Origin: Candidatus Bathyarchaeia archaeon
GTDB lineage: Archaea > Thermoproteota > Bathyarchaeia > Bathyarchaeales > Bathycorpusculaceae
Assembly: GCA_049521795.1 (NCBI GenBank)
Contig: JBEKOM010000003.1
Span: 64,001-128,000, forward strand
Reading direction: 5' to 3'
Length of the DNA: 64,000 nt
Shown: positions 8,676 to 18,867 of the stretch, in pieces
Layout: every line of letters starts with the position of its first letter
Position numbering within the stretch: position 1 is the first letter of the stretch
The notes under the pieces: model-generated
Seen by the model: the letters and a program-made list of their open reading frames with translations, nothing else
What the model was told of the DNA's origin: nothing
Database searches by the model: none
Made by a program: the position numbers and the translations under genes

Positions 8676-11042
8676 ATGGAGAAGAAATCGCCTAGAATCG
8701 GCATTTTCGTGTGTGAATGCGGCGGCAACATAGGCGACGTTGTGGACGTAAAGTCTGTCGTTGAAACAGTCAAAAGTTGGCCTGACGTTGCAGTGGCCAA
8801 GTATCACAAGTATCTCTGTTCAAAGCCAGCTCAGGAACTGATACTCGACTCTGTGCAGAAGGAGAACTTGGACCGAGTTGTGGTGGCCAGTTGCACGCCG
8901 AGGATGCATCTTGCAACTTTTCAAGCTGTCCTGGAAAGAGCCGGATTGAACCCGTTCATGCTCGAGTTTGTGAACATCAGGGAACAAGACTCCTGGGTTC
9001 ACGGTCCTCACGCTTCAGCCGAGGCCACGAGGAAAGCTATAAGCCTGATTAGAGGCGGTTACGAGCGAAGCCAGCAGCTCGAAGCGTTGCAAACTATTAG
9101 CGAGAAGGGGTCTAGGGAGATTCTCATCGTTGGCGGAGGCATAGCAGGCATAACAGCCGCTCTTGAACTTGGTTATCTGGGCTACAAAGTTCATCTGGTC
9201 GAACGAAAACCGAGCATCGGCGGCAACATGGCAAAGCTGACGAAGGTTTTCCCAACACTGGACTGTGCGCAGTGCATCTTGACGCCGAGGATGGCCGAAG
9301 TGGGCAGGAACCCTAACGTTGCCCTTTACACCTACTCTGAAGTGCAGGAAGTTAGCGGCCGCCCAGGTAACTATGACGTGAAGGTTTTCATGAAACCTCG
9401 AGGCGTGGACTTGCAGAAGTGCAGAAGCTGTGGCGTCTGCGCCAAAGTTTGCCCGGTTTCCTGTTCAGACGAGTTCAATGAAGGCCTCTCGCAGAGGAAA
9501 GCAGCTTACATCGAGTTCCCACAGGCTGTGCCCTCAGCCTATACGATCGACTTTGAAGCGTGCACAAAGTGTGGAAAGTGTGAACAGCTTTGCCCAGCGA
9601 AGGCGGTAAGCTTGGCAGACAAGGGGTGCACGGTTGACTTGCACGTGGGAGGCATCATCATGGCAACTGGCTACCAGCTCTATGATGCCAAGAAGCTTGA
9701 GACTTTAGGTTACGGCAACTACAAAGACGTCATCACCATGATGGACCTGGAAAGACTCGTGTCCGCAACAGGCCCGACTAGCGGCTATGTCAAGAGGGCA
9801 GACGGCAGCGACGTCAAGAAGATCGGCATAGTGCTCTGCGCGGGCTCTAGGGATAAGAAATACATCCCATACTGCAGTCGCATCTGCTGCATGTACGCGT
9901 TGAAACAGGCTTTCGTGCTGAAGAAAATGCACGGGATCGATGTGACTATTTACTACACAGACATCAGGGCCACAGGCAAGGGTTACGAAGACCTCTACTG
10001 GCGTGACGAAGAGGCAGGGGTCAGTTTCATACGAGGCAAGGTAGCCGAAGTCTACAAAGATAGCAAAAGCGGCAAGCTCGTTGCAGTGGCCGAAGACACG
10101 ATAACCGGCGAAACGACAGAGGAGCAGTTTGACATGATCGCGCTGGCAACGCCGATGGTTCCGCCATCAGGACTCAAGGAACTGACCGAAAAAATGAAGG
10201 TCTCAATCGGCGAAGACGGTTTCATCACGGAGAAACATCCAAAGCTTGACCCAGTGGATTCGCTTGTAACAGGAATTTTCGCCTGCGGCTGTGCACTGAG
10301 CCCCAAAGACGTCCGTGACACGGTCTCAGACGGCTTAGGCGCATCGGCCAAAGCGGCTCTGTTCTTGAAGAGTGATTATGTCACGACTTCTCCTGAGAAA
10401 GCCTTTGTGATCTCTGACCTGTGCAATGGCTGCGGCGGCTGCGTGCCCATTTGCCCAGTGAACGCGATCAACATGCAGAACGGCAAGGCAACAGTCGACG
10501 CGTTCCAGTGCACAGGTTGCGGTGCATGCATACCTGCTTGCCCACAAGAAGCCATAGACTTCAAAAACGCGACTGCCAAGCAGATAATTGCTAGTCTCAG
10601 AGGAGTGTTGGAAGAAAAGCAGCCTGGCGAAGTCAGAGTGGTCGCTTTCGTCGACAAGAATGTTGGCTATACAGGCATGGACTTCCTTGGACTGGACCGC
10701 ACAAATTATCCGGATAACGTCAGGATTATTCCAGTTCCAACAACCGCCATTCTGGGCTTGAAACACCTGCTTTATGCCTTCGCATACGGTGCTGACGGTG
10801 TTCTGGTCGTTGAAGGAACGCAGGAGATCGATGAAAAGTTCACAAAGAAGAGAATGATTGACCTCGGAAAAGAACTGGCAAAATACGGAGTCGAAAACAT
10901 GCGCGTACGCTACAGCTACGTGCCGTTGCCAGTCTACAAGAAAGCTGCAGAACTGTTCAGCATGTTCACTGAGAGGATCAAGAAGTTCGGCCCGCTGCCA
11001 GATGAAAAGCGCAAGGTTCTAAGAGAGAAATTGTCTGGCTAG
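8676..11042 (+). CDS. hdrA: Heterodisulfide reductase subunit A with C-terminal degenerate MvhD-like domain
   Basis: CECGGNI, ASCTPRMH, NIREQDSWVH, GGGIAG, FPTLDCAQC, CAGSRD...CSRICC, HPKLDPV, two ferredoxin pairs; tail YPDNVRII...GADGVLV. Confidence 0.92.
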   Translation: MEKKSPRIGIFVCECGGNIGDVVDVKSVVETVKSWPDVAVAKYHKYLCSKPAQELILDSVQKENLDRVVVASCTPRMHLATFQAVLERAGLNPFMLEFVNIREQDSWVHGPHASAEATRKAISLIRGGYERSQQLEALQTISEKGSREILIVGGGIAGITAALELGYLGYKVHLVERKPSIGGNMAKLTKVFPTLDCAQCILTPRMAEVGRNPNVALYTYSEVQEVSGRPGNYDVKVFMKPRGVDLQKCRSCGVCAKVCPVSCSDEFNEGLSQRKAAYIEFPQAVPSAYTIDFEACTKCGKCEQLCPAKAVSLADKGCTVDLHVGGIIMATGYQLYDAKKLETLGYGNYKDVITMMDLERLVSATGPTSGYVKRADGSDVKKIGIVLCAGSRDKKYIPYCSRICCMYALKQAFVLKKMHGIDVTIYYTDIRATGKGYEDLYWRDEEAGVSFIRGKVAEVYKDSKSGKLVAVAEDTITGETTEEQFDMIALATPMVPPSGLKELTEKMKVSIGEDGFITEKHPKLDPVDSLVTGIFACGCALSPKDVRDTVSDGLGASAKAALFLKSDYVTTSPEKAFVISDLCNGCGGCVPICPVNAINMQNGKATVDAFQCTGCGACIPACPQEAIDFKNATAKQIIASLRGVLEEKQPGEVRVVAFVDKNVGYTGMDFLGLDRTNYPDNVRIIPVPTTAILGLKHLLYAFAYGADGVLVVEGTQEIDEKFTKKRMIDLGKELAKYGVENMRVRYSYVPLPVYKKAAELFSMFTERIKKFGPLPDEKRKVLREKLSG

Positions 11043-11061
11043 CTATCGCAGTCTTCGATTT

Positions 11062-11982
11062 CTAGCTGATTTCTGATGCGTGCAACGCGCAGTCTTGTGT
11101 AATTTCTCTAGTTGCGGTCATTCTGTAGAACAGCGTCAGCATACTCACAACGAGAGCGTTGCAGTTGGTCCAGAGAGCCGCCGTTTTACTTTTCTCTTTT
11201 CTTGCTCTTTCCTTGTCTTCACCTTTTTTGCGATAAACAATCAGCAGCTCTTCTCTGTCTGAGATCATGAAAAAGGGCAGTTCTTTCACTTCGTCAGTGC
11301 AATGTGTATTATTTGACCAACCGATCCTCTCGCAGAAGAATCGGCTGTTCAACGAGTCTTCAGTCAACAGATTAATCCTCACATCGTAAGAATGCTGCTC
11401 GAGATTATCCATGAAATCGCTATGGTACAATTGGGCTAGGTACTCCTCTGGAGCAAAAATCTGCAGTTCGGTCCGCGCTTTCCCAAGAAGGTCTTTGGCT
11501 TTCAGAATCACTTGAGATTCGCCTTCCAATATTTGGAACACTTCCTTTTTGCTGTTCTCGTTTCTTGGCTTTGGCATCGATGCCCAAAGATGGATCAAGT
11601 CGGCTTTTTCTTTTTCGTAAAGTTTGAGCTTTGTTTTTTCAGTTTCTATCAGTCGTTCGATTGCCTTGTCCAGAGGCACCGCAGTGAACTTCAACGGCTT
11701 TGAGAAAGTTGAGAATGCGATGCCTTTTTTTTCCAAGTCCCTAAGTATTCTGTAGGTTTCGGTTCGGTGAAGTGATATGGCTTCTGCGATTTCCGCTGCT
11801 TTCTTTTCGCCTGTTCTTGCGAGGTAAACGTACGCTTTTATTTCGTTCTGTGACAGCCCGTATCTTGCCAAGGCGTTTTCTATGATCTCCACCTGTTTCG
11901 CAGAACCCTTATCTTTACGAACGATCCTCCATGGGTCTGCCTTTTCGTCGTGTACTCTGATTAGATCGCTGCGTTCCATCAT
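11062..11982 (-). CDS. TrmB-family transcriptional regulator
   Basis: YGLSQNEIKAYVYL...AAEIAEAISLHRTETYRILRDLEKKG HTH; C-terminal FMISDREELL...WTN. Start placed at ATG 11982 (ORF track extends to 12174). Confidence 0.85.
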   Translation of the reverse strand: MMERSDLIRVHDEKADPWRIVRKDKGSAKQVEIIENALARYGLSQNEIKAYVYLARTGEKKAAEIAEAISLHRTETYRILRDLEKKGIAFSTFSKPLKFTAVPLDKAIERLIETEKTKLKLYEKEKADLIHLWASMPKPRNENSKKEVFQILEGESQVILKAKDLLGKARTELQIFAPEEYLAQLYHSDFMDNLEQHSYDVRINLLTEDSLNSRFFCERIGWSNNTHCTDEVKELPFFMISDREELLIVYRKKGEDKERARKEKSKTAALWTNCNALVVSMLTLFYRMTATREITQDCALHASEIS

Positions 11983-12264
11983 CGATAATGCCAGGTTTTT
12001 TGCCTTGGTGTTATTGATCGTGACGGGTTCTGATGAATGACATACTTTATGCTTATGAATACTGAATCTGAATTGAGGGTTCAAATCAATGGGAATCTGG
12101 CATGATGGCACGATTTGGTCATTCTTTCTCCGTTTGAACGTACGTTGACCGTCTGTCGCATCGTCTACGCACAAATCATTATTTCTGTTTTGTGTGCATA
12201 CCTTTGGTTTCGCGGCGAAAAAAGGCGGGCGCCTTTCACCGTTAAGAGTATGGAGGGACCTAGC

Positions 12265-12366
12265 ATGAACTGGAAACTAATAGCCTTGAGAACTTGGCCG
12301 TTTGTGTTTCTTGCGGTCTGTTTCTTCGTGTTGACCCTTTATGGGCAGTGTCCAGCCGTCTGTTAG
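12265..12366 (+). CDS. Putative 33-aa single-TM small protein
   Basis: GGAGG 8 nt before ATG; MNWKLIALRTWPFVFLAVCFFVLTLYGQCPAVC. Confidence 0.35.
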   Translation: MNWKLIALRTWPFVFLAVCFFVLTLYGQCPAVC

Positions 12367-12488
12367 GGGGCGACAATGTGGGGACCCCTGGACACCTTTC
12401 TTTTTTTAAAGATGTGAAAGAGCACCTTTTGGAAAATGAAGCGTTGAGGTTTCTCTTGTTCATAGAGAAAGTGCCGAAACACAGAGTC

Positions 12489-12659
12489 ATGGAAAGTATC
12501 AGCATCTTGTTTCTAGCATTCTTAAGTATTGGATGTTTTGCCGTAGGACTGGCCGGTTTCGTCGTTTGGGAGTATTATTCTTTCTTTGGAATTCTGTTCT
12601 ACTACGTTGTGGTGCTTTTGGTTCTGCTTGAGCTGTTGCACTGCCTCTTCGACAGGTAA
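12489..12659 (+). CDS. Putative 56-aa two-TM small membrane protein
   Basis: MESISILFLAFLSIGCFAVGLAGFVVWEYYSFFGILFYYVVVLLVLLELLHCLFDR; TTTTAAA upstream near 12404-12410. Confidence 0.45.
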   Translation: MESISILFLAFLSIGCFAVGLAGFVVWEYYSFFGILFYYVVVLLVLLELLHCLFDR

Positions 12660-12752
12660 CCACTTCGACTCATTTGCGAAGTAGAGGAGTTGAAGAGTTC
12701 TTTTATATCCTAAGCACAGAGTAGTATCAGCGAGGTGTGCGAGTTGAAGTCT

Positions 12753-13127
12753 ATGCAATGTCCTCTGTGCGGACTTGATTTGAAGAAGGAGAAAATCTAC
12801 TACGATGACAAGTCATTCTTAGTTTTAAGAACCAAAACCTTGAAGGGACACAAGGAGAGAATCATGATAGTGTACAAACAACACGAACACACCATACCCT
12901 ACAAGGCTTTTGAACGTGCCTTGGACCTGCTCTCTGACATAGGGAAAAGAGTCTTCAGCTACACTCCAAAGTTTGTGATAATGGACGCGACTTTTGCGAC
13001 GATAAACGATCATTGGCACCTTGTCGGAACAGACCTCGACCCTAAGAGCAAGGATTTTGACCAGATTCTCGCGACCAAATGGATCAAAGTCGTAGACAAC
13101 ACAGTGGAGAAGGAAAGCGAAGCCTAG
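12753..13127 (+). CDS. Hypothetical protein, HIT-like fold
   Basis: N-terminal CPLC, IYYDD, K.HEH, DHWHLV resemble the layout of Zn-binding HIT proteins. Confidence 0.55.
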   Translation: MQCPLCGLDLKKEKIYYDDKSFLVLRTKTLKGHKERIMIVYKQHEHTIPYKAFERALDLLSDIGKRVFSYTPKFVIMDATFATINDHWHLVGTDLDPKSKDFDQILATKWIKVVDNTVEKESEA

Positions 13128-13417
13128 TCTATGAATTGCAGATTTCGGTTGTTTTCTTCCATAAGACGCCCGAAAATGGTCTGCGAATACTGTAAGGCCT
13201 AAAAGAAGTGCGTGGGCATAATCTCTCCATTGGCGGCACCTTCTTTTCGGAACCATCCAAGCCTAATGTCTGCTAAAGCCACCAAAGCAGACAGATGTTC
13301 AGAGGCGGAGATAAGCGCGACCCGTAATTGCTAGATATCTGAAGCGCGCTCCGTCAGGCAAAGGTTATATGAAAACAAGTGTGAAAAAGACTCACCATAT
13401 AGGAGAGTCAAGTTGAC

Positions 13418-14206
13418 ATGGACATAATCGTATGCGCCAAACATGTTCCAGAGACAGCTGAGGCAGAACTGAAGATCGACGCCACAGGAAAGAGCATAGA
13501 CAGGACAGGCTTGGTCTTCGACATCAACGAGTGGGACGATTACGCTCTTGAAGAAGCCGTGCGGATAAAGGAGAAACAGGGCGGAACAGTCACGGCGATA
13601 ACATTAGGCAGCGAGGACTCTGACAGTACGCTTCGAAAATGCATGGCTCGGGGAGCGGACAAGGCGATCAGATTGACCGACCCGAAGTTCACCGGCTCCG
13701 ACGGTTACGCGGTCGCAAAGATTCTGCACAGTGCAATAAAGAACCTGCATTATGACTTGATCCTGACTGGAATGCAGGCAGGTGACGACGGAAGCGCAAC
13801 AGTTGGGCCGATACTCGCAGAACTGCTCAACATCCCCCACGCGACGATGGTGAAGAAAATCGAGCTAGGCACAGGTAGGGCTAAAGTCAACCGTGAACTT
13901 GAAGGAGGCTTGGAAGAGCAGGTCGAAGTTAAACTACCAGCGCTTTTCTCCGTGCAGACGGGGATAAACGAACCGAGGTATGTCTCGATAATGGGAATCC
14001 GAAAAGCCATGCAGAAAGAGATCAAGGTTATGGCGCTTGCCGATACAGGCTTAACTGAAAACGACGTTGGCCCAGCGGGTTCCTGGACAACTGTGGAAAG
14101 GATGTATGTTCCACCAGCAGCGAAACAGGCCGAGTTTCTGAAGGGAAGCCCAGAGGAGGTTGCGGCCAAGATTGCTGAAATTCTCAAGTCGAAGGGGTTG
14201 ATTTAA
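13418..14206 (+). CDS. etfB: Electron transfer flavoprotein beta subunit
   Basis: IIVCAKHVP, INEWDDYALEEA, GMQAGD, INEPRY. Confidence 0.95.
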   Translation: MDIIVCAKHVPETAEAELKIDATGKSIDRTGLVFDINEWDDYALEEAVRIKEKQGGTVTAITLGSEDSDSTLRKCMARGADKAIRLTDPKFTGSDGYAVAKILHSAIKNLHYDLILTGMQAGDDGSATVGPILAELLNIPHATMVKKIELGTGRAKVNRELEGGLEEQVEVKLPALFSVQTGINEPRYVSIMGIRKAMQKEIKVMALADTGLTENDVGPAGSWTTVERMYVPPAAKQAEFLKGSPEEVAAKIAEILKSKGLI

Positions 14207-14207
14207 A

Positions 14208-15203
14208 ATGGCAGAGATCTTCGTTTTAGTCGAACACAGACAGGGACAGATAAGAGACATAACCTTCGAAATGCTCACAAAAGCCAAGGAGCTCTCAAAA
14301 AAGACTGGTGCAGAGCTCAACGCTGTTCTGCTGGGAAAAACTGTAAGAGAACATGCTAAAAGTTTGGCAGAATATGCAGAGAAGGTGCTACTCATTGAAG
14401 ATTCCAAACTTGAGAACTTCAACTCCGAAGCTTACAGGAAAATCCTCTCAGCCCTGATCACCGCGCACAAGCCACTACTGGTGCTTATGGGTCACACTTC
14501 ATACGGCGTGGACCTAGCTCCAAGATTAGCGGCCGGCTTGAACCTACCCTTGGCCACAGACTGTATAGATATAGCTTTTGAAGGCGGAGGTTTCATGATT
14601 ACCAGACAGATGTACGGCGGCAAAGTGAACGTCCAGGCCAGCATCCGCAAGGCTGAAACCTACGTCGCGACCATCCGTCAAGCAACCTTCGCTGCTCAGA
14701 AACCGATGCCTCCTGTAAATGGACGAATAACGGAAATTCCCTCACAGCTCATGGAAGAAATACAAGAAAAACGGTTTCTACAATACGTTTTGCCACCTCC
14801 AGGCGGGGTTGACATCACAGCCTCAGACAAACTGGTCGGCATCGGCAGGGGAATAAAGGACGTGGCCAACATGCCAATAATGGAAGAACTCGCAAAAACC
14901 CTAGGTGCAGTTCTATCGTGCTCTCGTCCAATCGTAGACAAGGGTTGGCTTCCTACCGACCGCCAAGTCGGCACGTCTGGAAAAACTGTTAAACCCAAGC
15001 TCTACATCGCGGTCGGCATAAGCGGCGCCTTTCAGCATGTTCTGGGGATGAAAAGTTCAGACCTCATCATAGCCATAAACAAGGACCCCAAAGCACCCAT
15101 CTTCAGCTTCTCGGACTACGGCGTTGTCGACGACCTTTTCAAAGTGGTACCTGCATTGAAAAACAAAGTATATGAGCTTCAAACAAAGAAAACAACGTCC
15201 TAA
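14208..15203 (+). CDS. etfA: Electron transfer flavoprotein alpha subunit
   Basis: GRGI, CSRPIVD, QVGTSGKTVKPKLYIAVGISGAFQH, AINKDPKAPIF. Confidence 0.95.
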   Translation: MAEIFVLVEHRQGQIRDITFEMLTKAKELSKKTGAELNAVLLGKTVREHAKSLAEYAEKVLLIEDSKLENFNSEAYRKILSALITAHKPLLVLMGHTSYGVDLAPRLAAGLNLPLATDCIDIAFEGGGFMITRQMYGGKVNVQASIRKAETYVATIRQATFAAQKPMPPVNGRITEIPSQLMEEIQEKRFLQYVLPPPGGVDITASDKLVGIGRGIKDVANMPIMEELAKTLGAVLSCSRPIVDKGWLPTDRQVGTSGKTVKPKLYIAVGISGAFQHVLGMKSSDLIIAINKDPKAPIFSFSDYGVVDDLFKVVPALKNKVYELQTKKTTS

Positions 15204-15221
15204 ACGGGAGAAAAGAGGATT

Positions 15222-16376
15222 ATGGACTTCAAATTGAACGATGAGCAAAAGGAAATTGTGAAGGCTATCCGAGAATTCTGTGCGAAAGAGTTCACTCCGG
15301 AACTTGCATTGGAATTGGACCAGAAAGAAGAGTTCCCTATGGCCCTCTATAAGAAGGCTGCGCAGCTCGGTTTCACTAGCATGCGAATTCCTCAAGAATA
15401 TTGTGGACAAGGGTACGGAGTTTTCGAAGATTGCCTTGTGGTTGAGGAGATGTGCCGGGCAGATCCCGGCCTCGGAGTTGCTGTTTCGCTTGGAAATCTA
15501 ATGGTTCCGGACGTGCTCCTGAAACACGGGAATGAAGAGCAGAAGAAGAAATACATTACGCCGTTGGCAACAGGTGAGCACATAGCTGCAGCAGCCTTCA
15601 CAGAACCCGAACATGGCAGTGACATCACGCGAATGGATTCAACAGCTGTGAAGACAGGCAGCGAGTGGACAATAAACGGTGCGAAGGAGTTCATAACAAA
15701 CGCCACGACAGCCGACACTTTCATAATACTGTGTCAGTCAGATCCCAACGTGCAACCGTCGCACAGAGGACAAAGTCTGTTCCTGGCGGAAAAAGGGATG
15801 TGTGGCTTGGAGGCAACGAAGCTGCACGGCAAAATGGGCATCAAACCATGCGTCACCGGTTCGCTTTCTATGGCTGACTTGAAGGTTCCAGAAGCCAACG
15901 TCGTAGGCGAACTGTGCAAGGGCTTCTACTACACTCTTGAACTTTTCGACGGAACCAGAATCACGGTAGCCGCTCAAGCAGTCGGTATGGCGCAAGGCGC
16001 GTTCGAACGGGCCTTAAATTACGCGAAAACGAGAAAACAGTTCGGTCAAGCAATAATCAACTTCCAAGGAATAGGCTTCAAGCTTGCAGAGATGGCGATG
16101 AAGATAGAGTCAGCTCGGCTGATGATGTACAAGGCAGCTTGGCTCTACGACAAAGAGAAACCGAACGTTGTGGCAACCTCAATGGCCAAAGCGCATGCAG
16201 GCAGGGTCGCTATGGAAGTCACAGACGACGCGATCCAGATCTTCGGAGGCTACGGCTACCTAGCCGACTATCACGTCGAACGCTACCACAGATGTGCCAA
16301 AATAACCGAGATCTACGAAGGAACAAGTGAAATGCAGAAGTACACGATAGCGAACTATCTGATGAAACAGCAGTAG
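15222..16376 (+). CDS. Acyl-CoA dehydrogenase (paralog 1)
   Basis: FTEPEHGSD, NGAKEFITN, RKQFG, IFGGYGY, IYEGTSE. Confidence 0.95.
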   Translation: MDFKLNDEQKEIVKAIREFCAKEFTPELALELDQKEEFPMALYKKAAQLGFTSMRIPQEYCGQGYGVFEDCLVVEEMCRADPGLGVAVSLGNLMVPDVLLKHGNEEQKKKYITPLATGEHIAAAAFTEPEHGSDITRMDSTAVKTGSEWTINGAKEFITNATTADTFIILCQSDPNVQPSHRGQSLFLAEKGMCGLEATKLHGKMGIKPCVTGSLSMADLKVPEANVVGELCKGFYYTLELFDGTRITVAAQAVGMAQGAFERALNYAKTRKQFGQAIINFQGIGFKLAEMAMKIESARLMMYKAAWLYDKEKPNVVATSMAKAHAGRVAMEVTDDAIQIFGGYGYLADYHVERYHRCAKITEIYEGTSEMQKYTIANYLMKQQ

Positions 16377-16477
16377 CAAACTCACGTTCTTTTTCTGTTT
16401 TTCCAAAAATGGATCATGCATTCAAAAGTTTTATTACCCTTCTTCAAGCATTTCAATAAACGTTAGGAGGAACCCTT

Positions 16478-17665
16478 TTGGCATCTGAGAAACTGAAAAT
16501 GGCAATCATAGGTTCGGGAGCAATGGGCCACGGTATCGCCGAAATCCTTGCAATGACAGGATACGAAGTGACAATGGTCGACGTAAGCGACGACCTTCTC
16601 CAAAAAGGCAAGGAAAAAATCAAGTGGAGTTTAGACAAATTCGTTGAGAAGAAAAGAATCAGGGGAGAAGACGCCGACGCCGCGCTGGCAAGAATAAGAA
16701 CGACGACCAGCTTTGAACAAGCCGCCAAGGACATAGACATCGCCATCGAAGCGGTGCCAGAAAAAATGGAACTCAAGAAGAAAGTCTTTGCCACACTGGA
16801 CGCAACAGCACCTGCTAATGCAATACTCGCCTCCAACACATCAACGCTGAGCATAACAGAAATGGGCAAGGCAACCAAACGCCCAGACAAAGTCGCAGGA
16901 ATGCACTTCTTTAATCCACCAGTGTTTATGGCACTGATCGAAGTCATCAAAGGAGAAAACACCAGCCTGGAAACAATTGCCACGCTTTCCGAACTCGCTA
17001 AGAAACTCGGAAAAACTCCGATAGTCGTGAGAAAGGACGTGCGAGGCTTCATAGTAAACCGCGTGCTCTTGACCGTGTTAAACGAGGCGTTCTGGGCATA
17101 CAAGCGGGGAGAAGCAACCAAAGAAGAAATAGACTCTTCGGTCAAATATACGGGCGGCTTTCCAATGGGCTGGTTCGAACTGGCAGACTTTAGCGGGCTA
17201 GACGTAGGCTATGAAATTGGCAACATCCTGTACCAGGCCTACGGCGAACGCTTCAAGCCATGCTCAGAAGTCGTCGATCCCCTCATAAAGGAAAAGAAGT
17301 TCGGCCAGAAAACGGGCGTCGGATTCTACGACTGGACGAAGGGCCGACCGAGAATACCCTTCAACCTGTTGGACAAGTATGATGTCGAAAGGTCCTGGGC
17401 CGTTGCTGCAAACGAAGCTGCGTGGATCATTCACGATGACGCTGCCAACCCAGAAGACATTGACGTTGGAATGAAGCTGGGCACGTTCTGGCCTTCAGGT
17501 CCGTGCGAATATGCAGACCGCATAGGTCTGGACACAGTTGTCAACAGGCTTAAAGAGCTACATGGCAAGTACAACATGGAAATGTATACGCCGTGTCCAT
17601 TGCTCGAAGAGTACTTGAGCAAAGGCTGGACTGGGAAGAAAGTTGGAAGGGGGTTCTACAAGTGA
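16478..17665 (+). CDS. 3-hydroxyacyl-CoA dehydrogenase with duplicated C-terminal domain
   Basis: GSGAMGHGIA, EAVPE, ASNTS, GMHFFNP, GFIVNR; second C-domain ends GKKVGRGFYK. Confidence 0.93.
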   Translation: MASEKLKMAIIGSGAMGHGIAEILAMTGYEVTMVDVSDDLLQKGKEKIKWSLDKFVEKKRIRGEDADAALARIRTTTSFEQAAKDIDIAIEAVPEKMELKKKVFATLDATAPANAILASNTSTLSITEMGKATKRPDKVAGMHFFNPPVFMALIEVIKGENTSLETIATLSELAKKLGKTPIVVRKDVRGFIVNRVLLTVLNEAFWAYKRGEATKEEIDSSVKYTGGFPMGWFELADFSGLDVGYEIGNILYQAYGERFKPCSEVVDPLIKEKKFGQKTGVGFYDWTKGRPRIPFNLLDKYDVERSWAVAANEAAWIIHDDAANPEDIDVGMKLGTFWPSGPCEYADRIGLDTVVNRLKELHGKYNMEMYTPCPLLEEYLSKGWTGKKVGRGFYK

Positions 17666-18816
17666 AGTTTGACTTGACAGAGGAACAGCTCCACATCAAG
17701 AACGCTGTAAGAGAGTTCTGCCAGAAAGAGTTCAAGCCGGAATTTGCGCTGGAACTCGACAAGAAAGAAGAGTTCCCGATGGAACTGTACAAGCAAGCTG
17801 CCAAACTGGGTTTTACGAGCATGATGTTCCCGGAAGAATACGGTGGACAAGGCTTCGGCCTACTTGAAACCTGCATAGCGATCGAGGAAATGTGCCGCGG
17901 AGACTCATCGCTTGGCGTTGCTATCTCAAGCGGAAACTTCGGCAGCGAACTCATCATGACTCACGGAAACAAAGAGCAGAAGGAGAAGTACCTGCCTCCG
18001 ATATGCAGGGGCGACTTCATGTCTTCTGCAGCGTTCACTGAACCAAACGTCAGCGGAAGCGACATAAACCACATGGAAACCACGGCCACCAAGTATGGAA
18101 ACGAATGGTGGATAAACGGACCGAAGACCTTCATCACAAACGCAACTGTAGCAGATTTCACAGTTGTTCTGACTCAAACAGACACTAAGATCAGGCCTAC
18201 ACACCGTGGCGAAACACTGTTTGTGGTTGACAAGGGAACACCCGGCCTTGAAGCCACGAAATTGCACAACAAGATGGGAATCAGAGCATCCATAACTGGG
18301 GAGCTTAACTTCAGCAATGTGAAAGTGACAGACTGGAACATAATAGGAGAACTGAACAAGGGATTCTACTATTCCATGGAGTTCTTCGACAAGACCAGAG
18401 TAGGCGTTGCTGCACAGGCCGTTGGCATGGCGCAGGGAGCATGGGAAATCGCGTTCAAGTACGCCAAGCAGCGAGAAGCTTTCGGCATGCCGATAATGCA
18501 GCATGAAGCAATAGGGGTCACCTTGGCAGAGATGGCAACAAAGATCGAAGCTGCAAGGTTACTCACCCACAAGGCTGCAGTTTCGGTTGACGAGGGAAAA
18601 CTGGATGCTATGGCAACAGCCATGGCGAAATACTACGCAAGCCACGTTGCAATGGAAGCTACGAACTCGGCGATCCAAACGTTAGGAGGCTACGGGTACT
18701 TCGGTGAATACCGCGTTGAAAAATATCACAGAGACGCAAAAATAACTGAAATTTACGAGGGAACAAGTGAGATTCAAAAGCTGCAAGTACTCAAGTATCT
18801 TCTGAGCAAGTATTAG
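17662..18816 (+). CDS. Acyl-CoA dehydrogenase (paralog 2)
   Basis: GTG start overlaps upstream TGA (GTGA); FTEPNVSGSD, GGYGY, IYEGTSE. Confidence 0.93.
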   Translation: MKFDLTEEQLHIKNAVREFCQKEFKPEFALELDKKEEFPMELYKQAAKLGFTSMMFPEEYGGQGFGLLETCIAIEEMCRGDSSLGVAISSGNFGSELIMTHGNKEQKEKYLPPICRGDFMSSAAFTEPNVSGSDINHMETTATKYGNEWWINGPKTFITNATVADFTVVLTQTDTKIRPTHRGETLFVVDKGTPGLEATKLHNKMGIRASITGELNFSNVKVTDWNIIGELNKGFYYSMEFFDKTRVGVAAQAVGMAQGAWEIAFKYAKQREAFGMPIMQHEAIGVTLAEMATKIEAARLLTHKAAVSVDEGKLDAMATAMAKYYASHVAMEATNSAIQTLGGYGYFGEYRVEKYHRDAKITEIYEGTSEIQKLQVLKYLLSKY

Positions 18817-18867
18817 AGAAGCTACTTGAAGAAATCATATATGCAGATGAAACAAACAGAGAAATAG

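Noticed and set aside
16453-17145. 230-aa minus-strand ORF
   Set aside because: Antisense to the well-supported 3-hydroxyacyl-CoA dehydrogenase gene.
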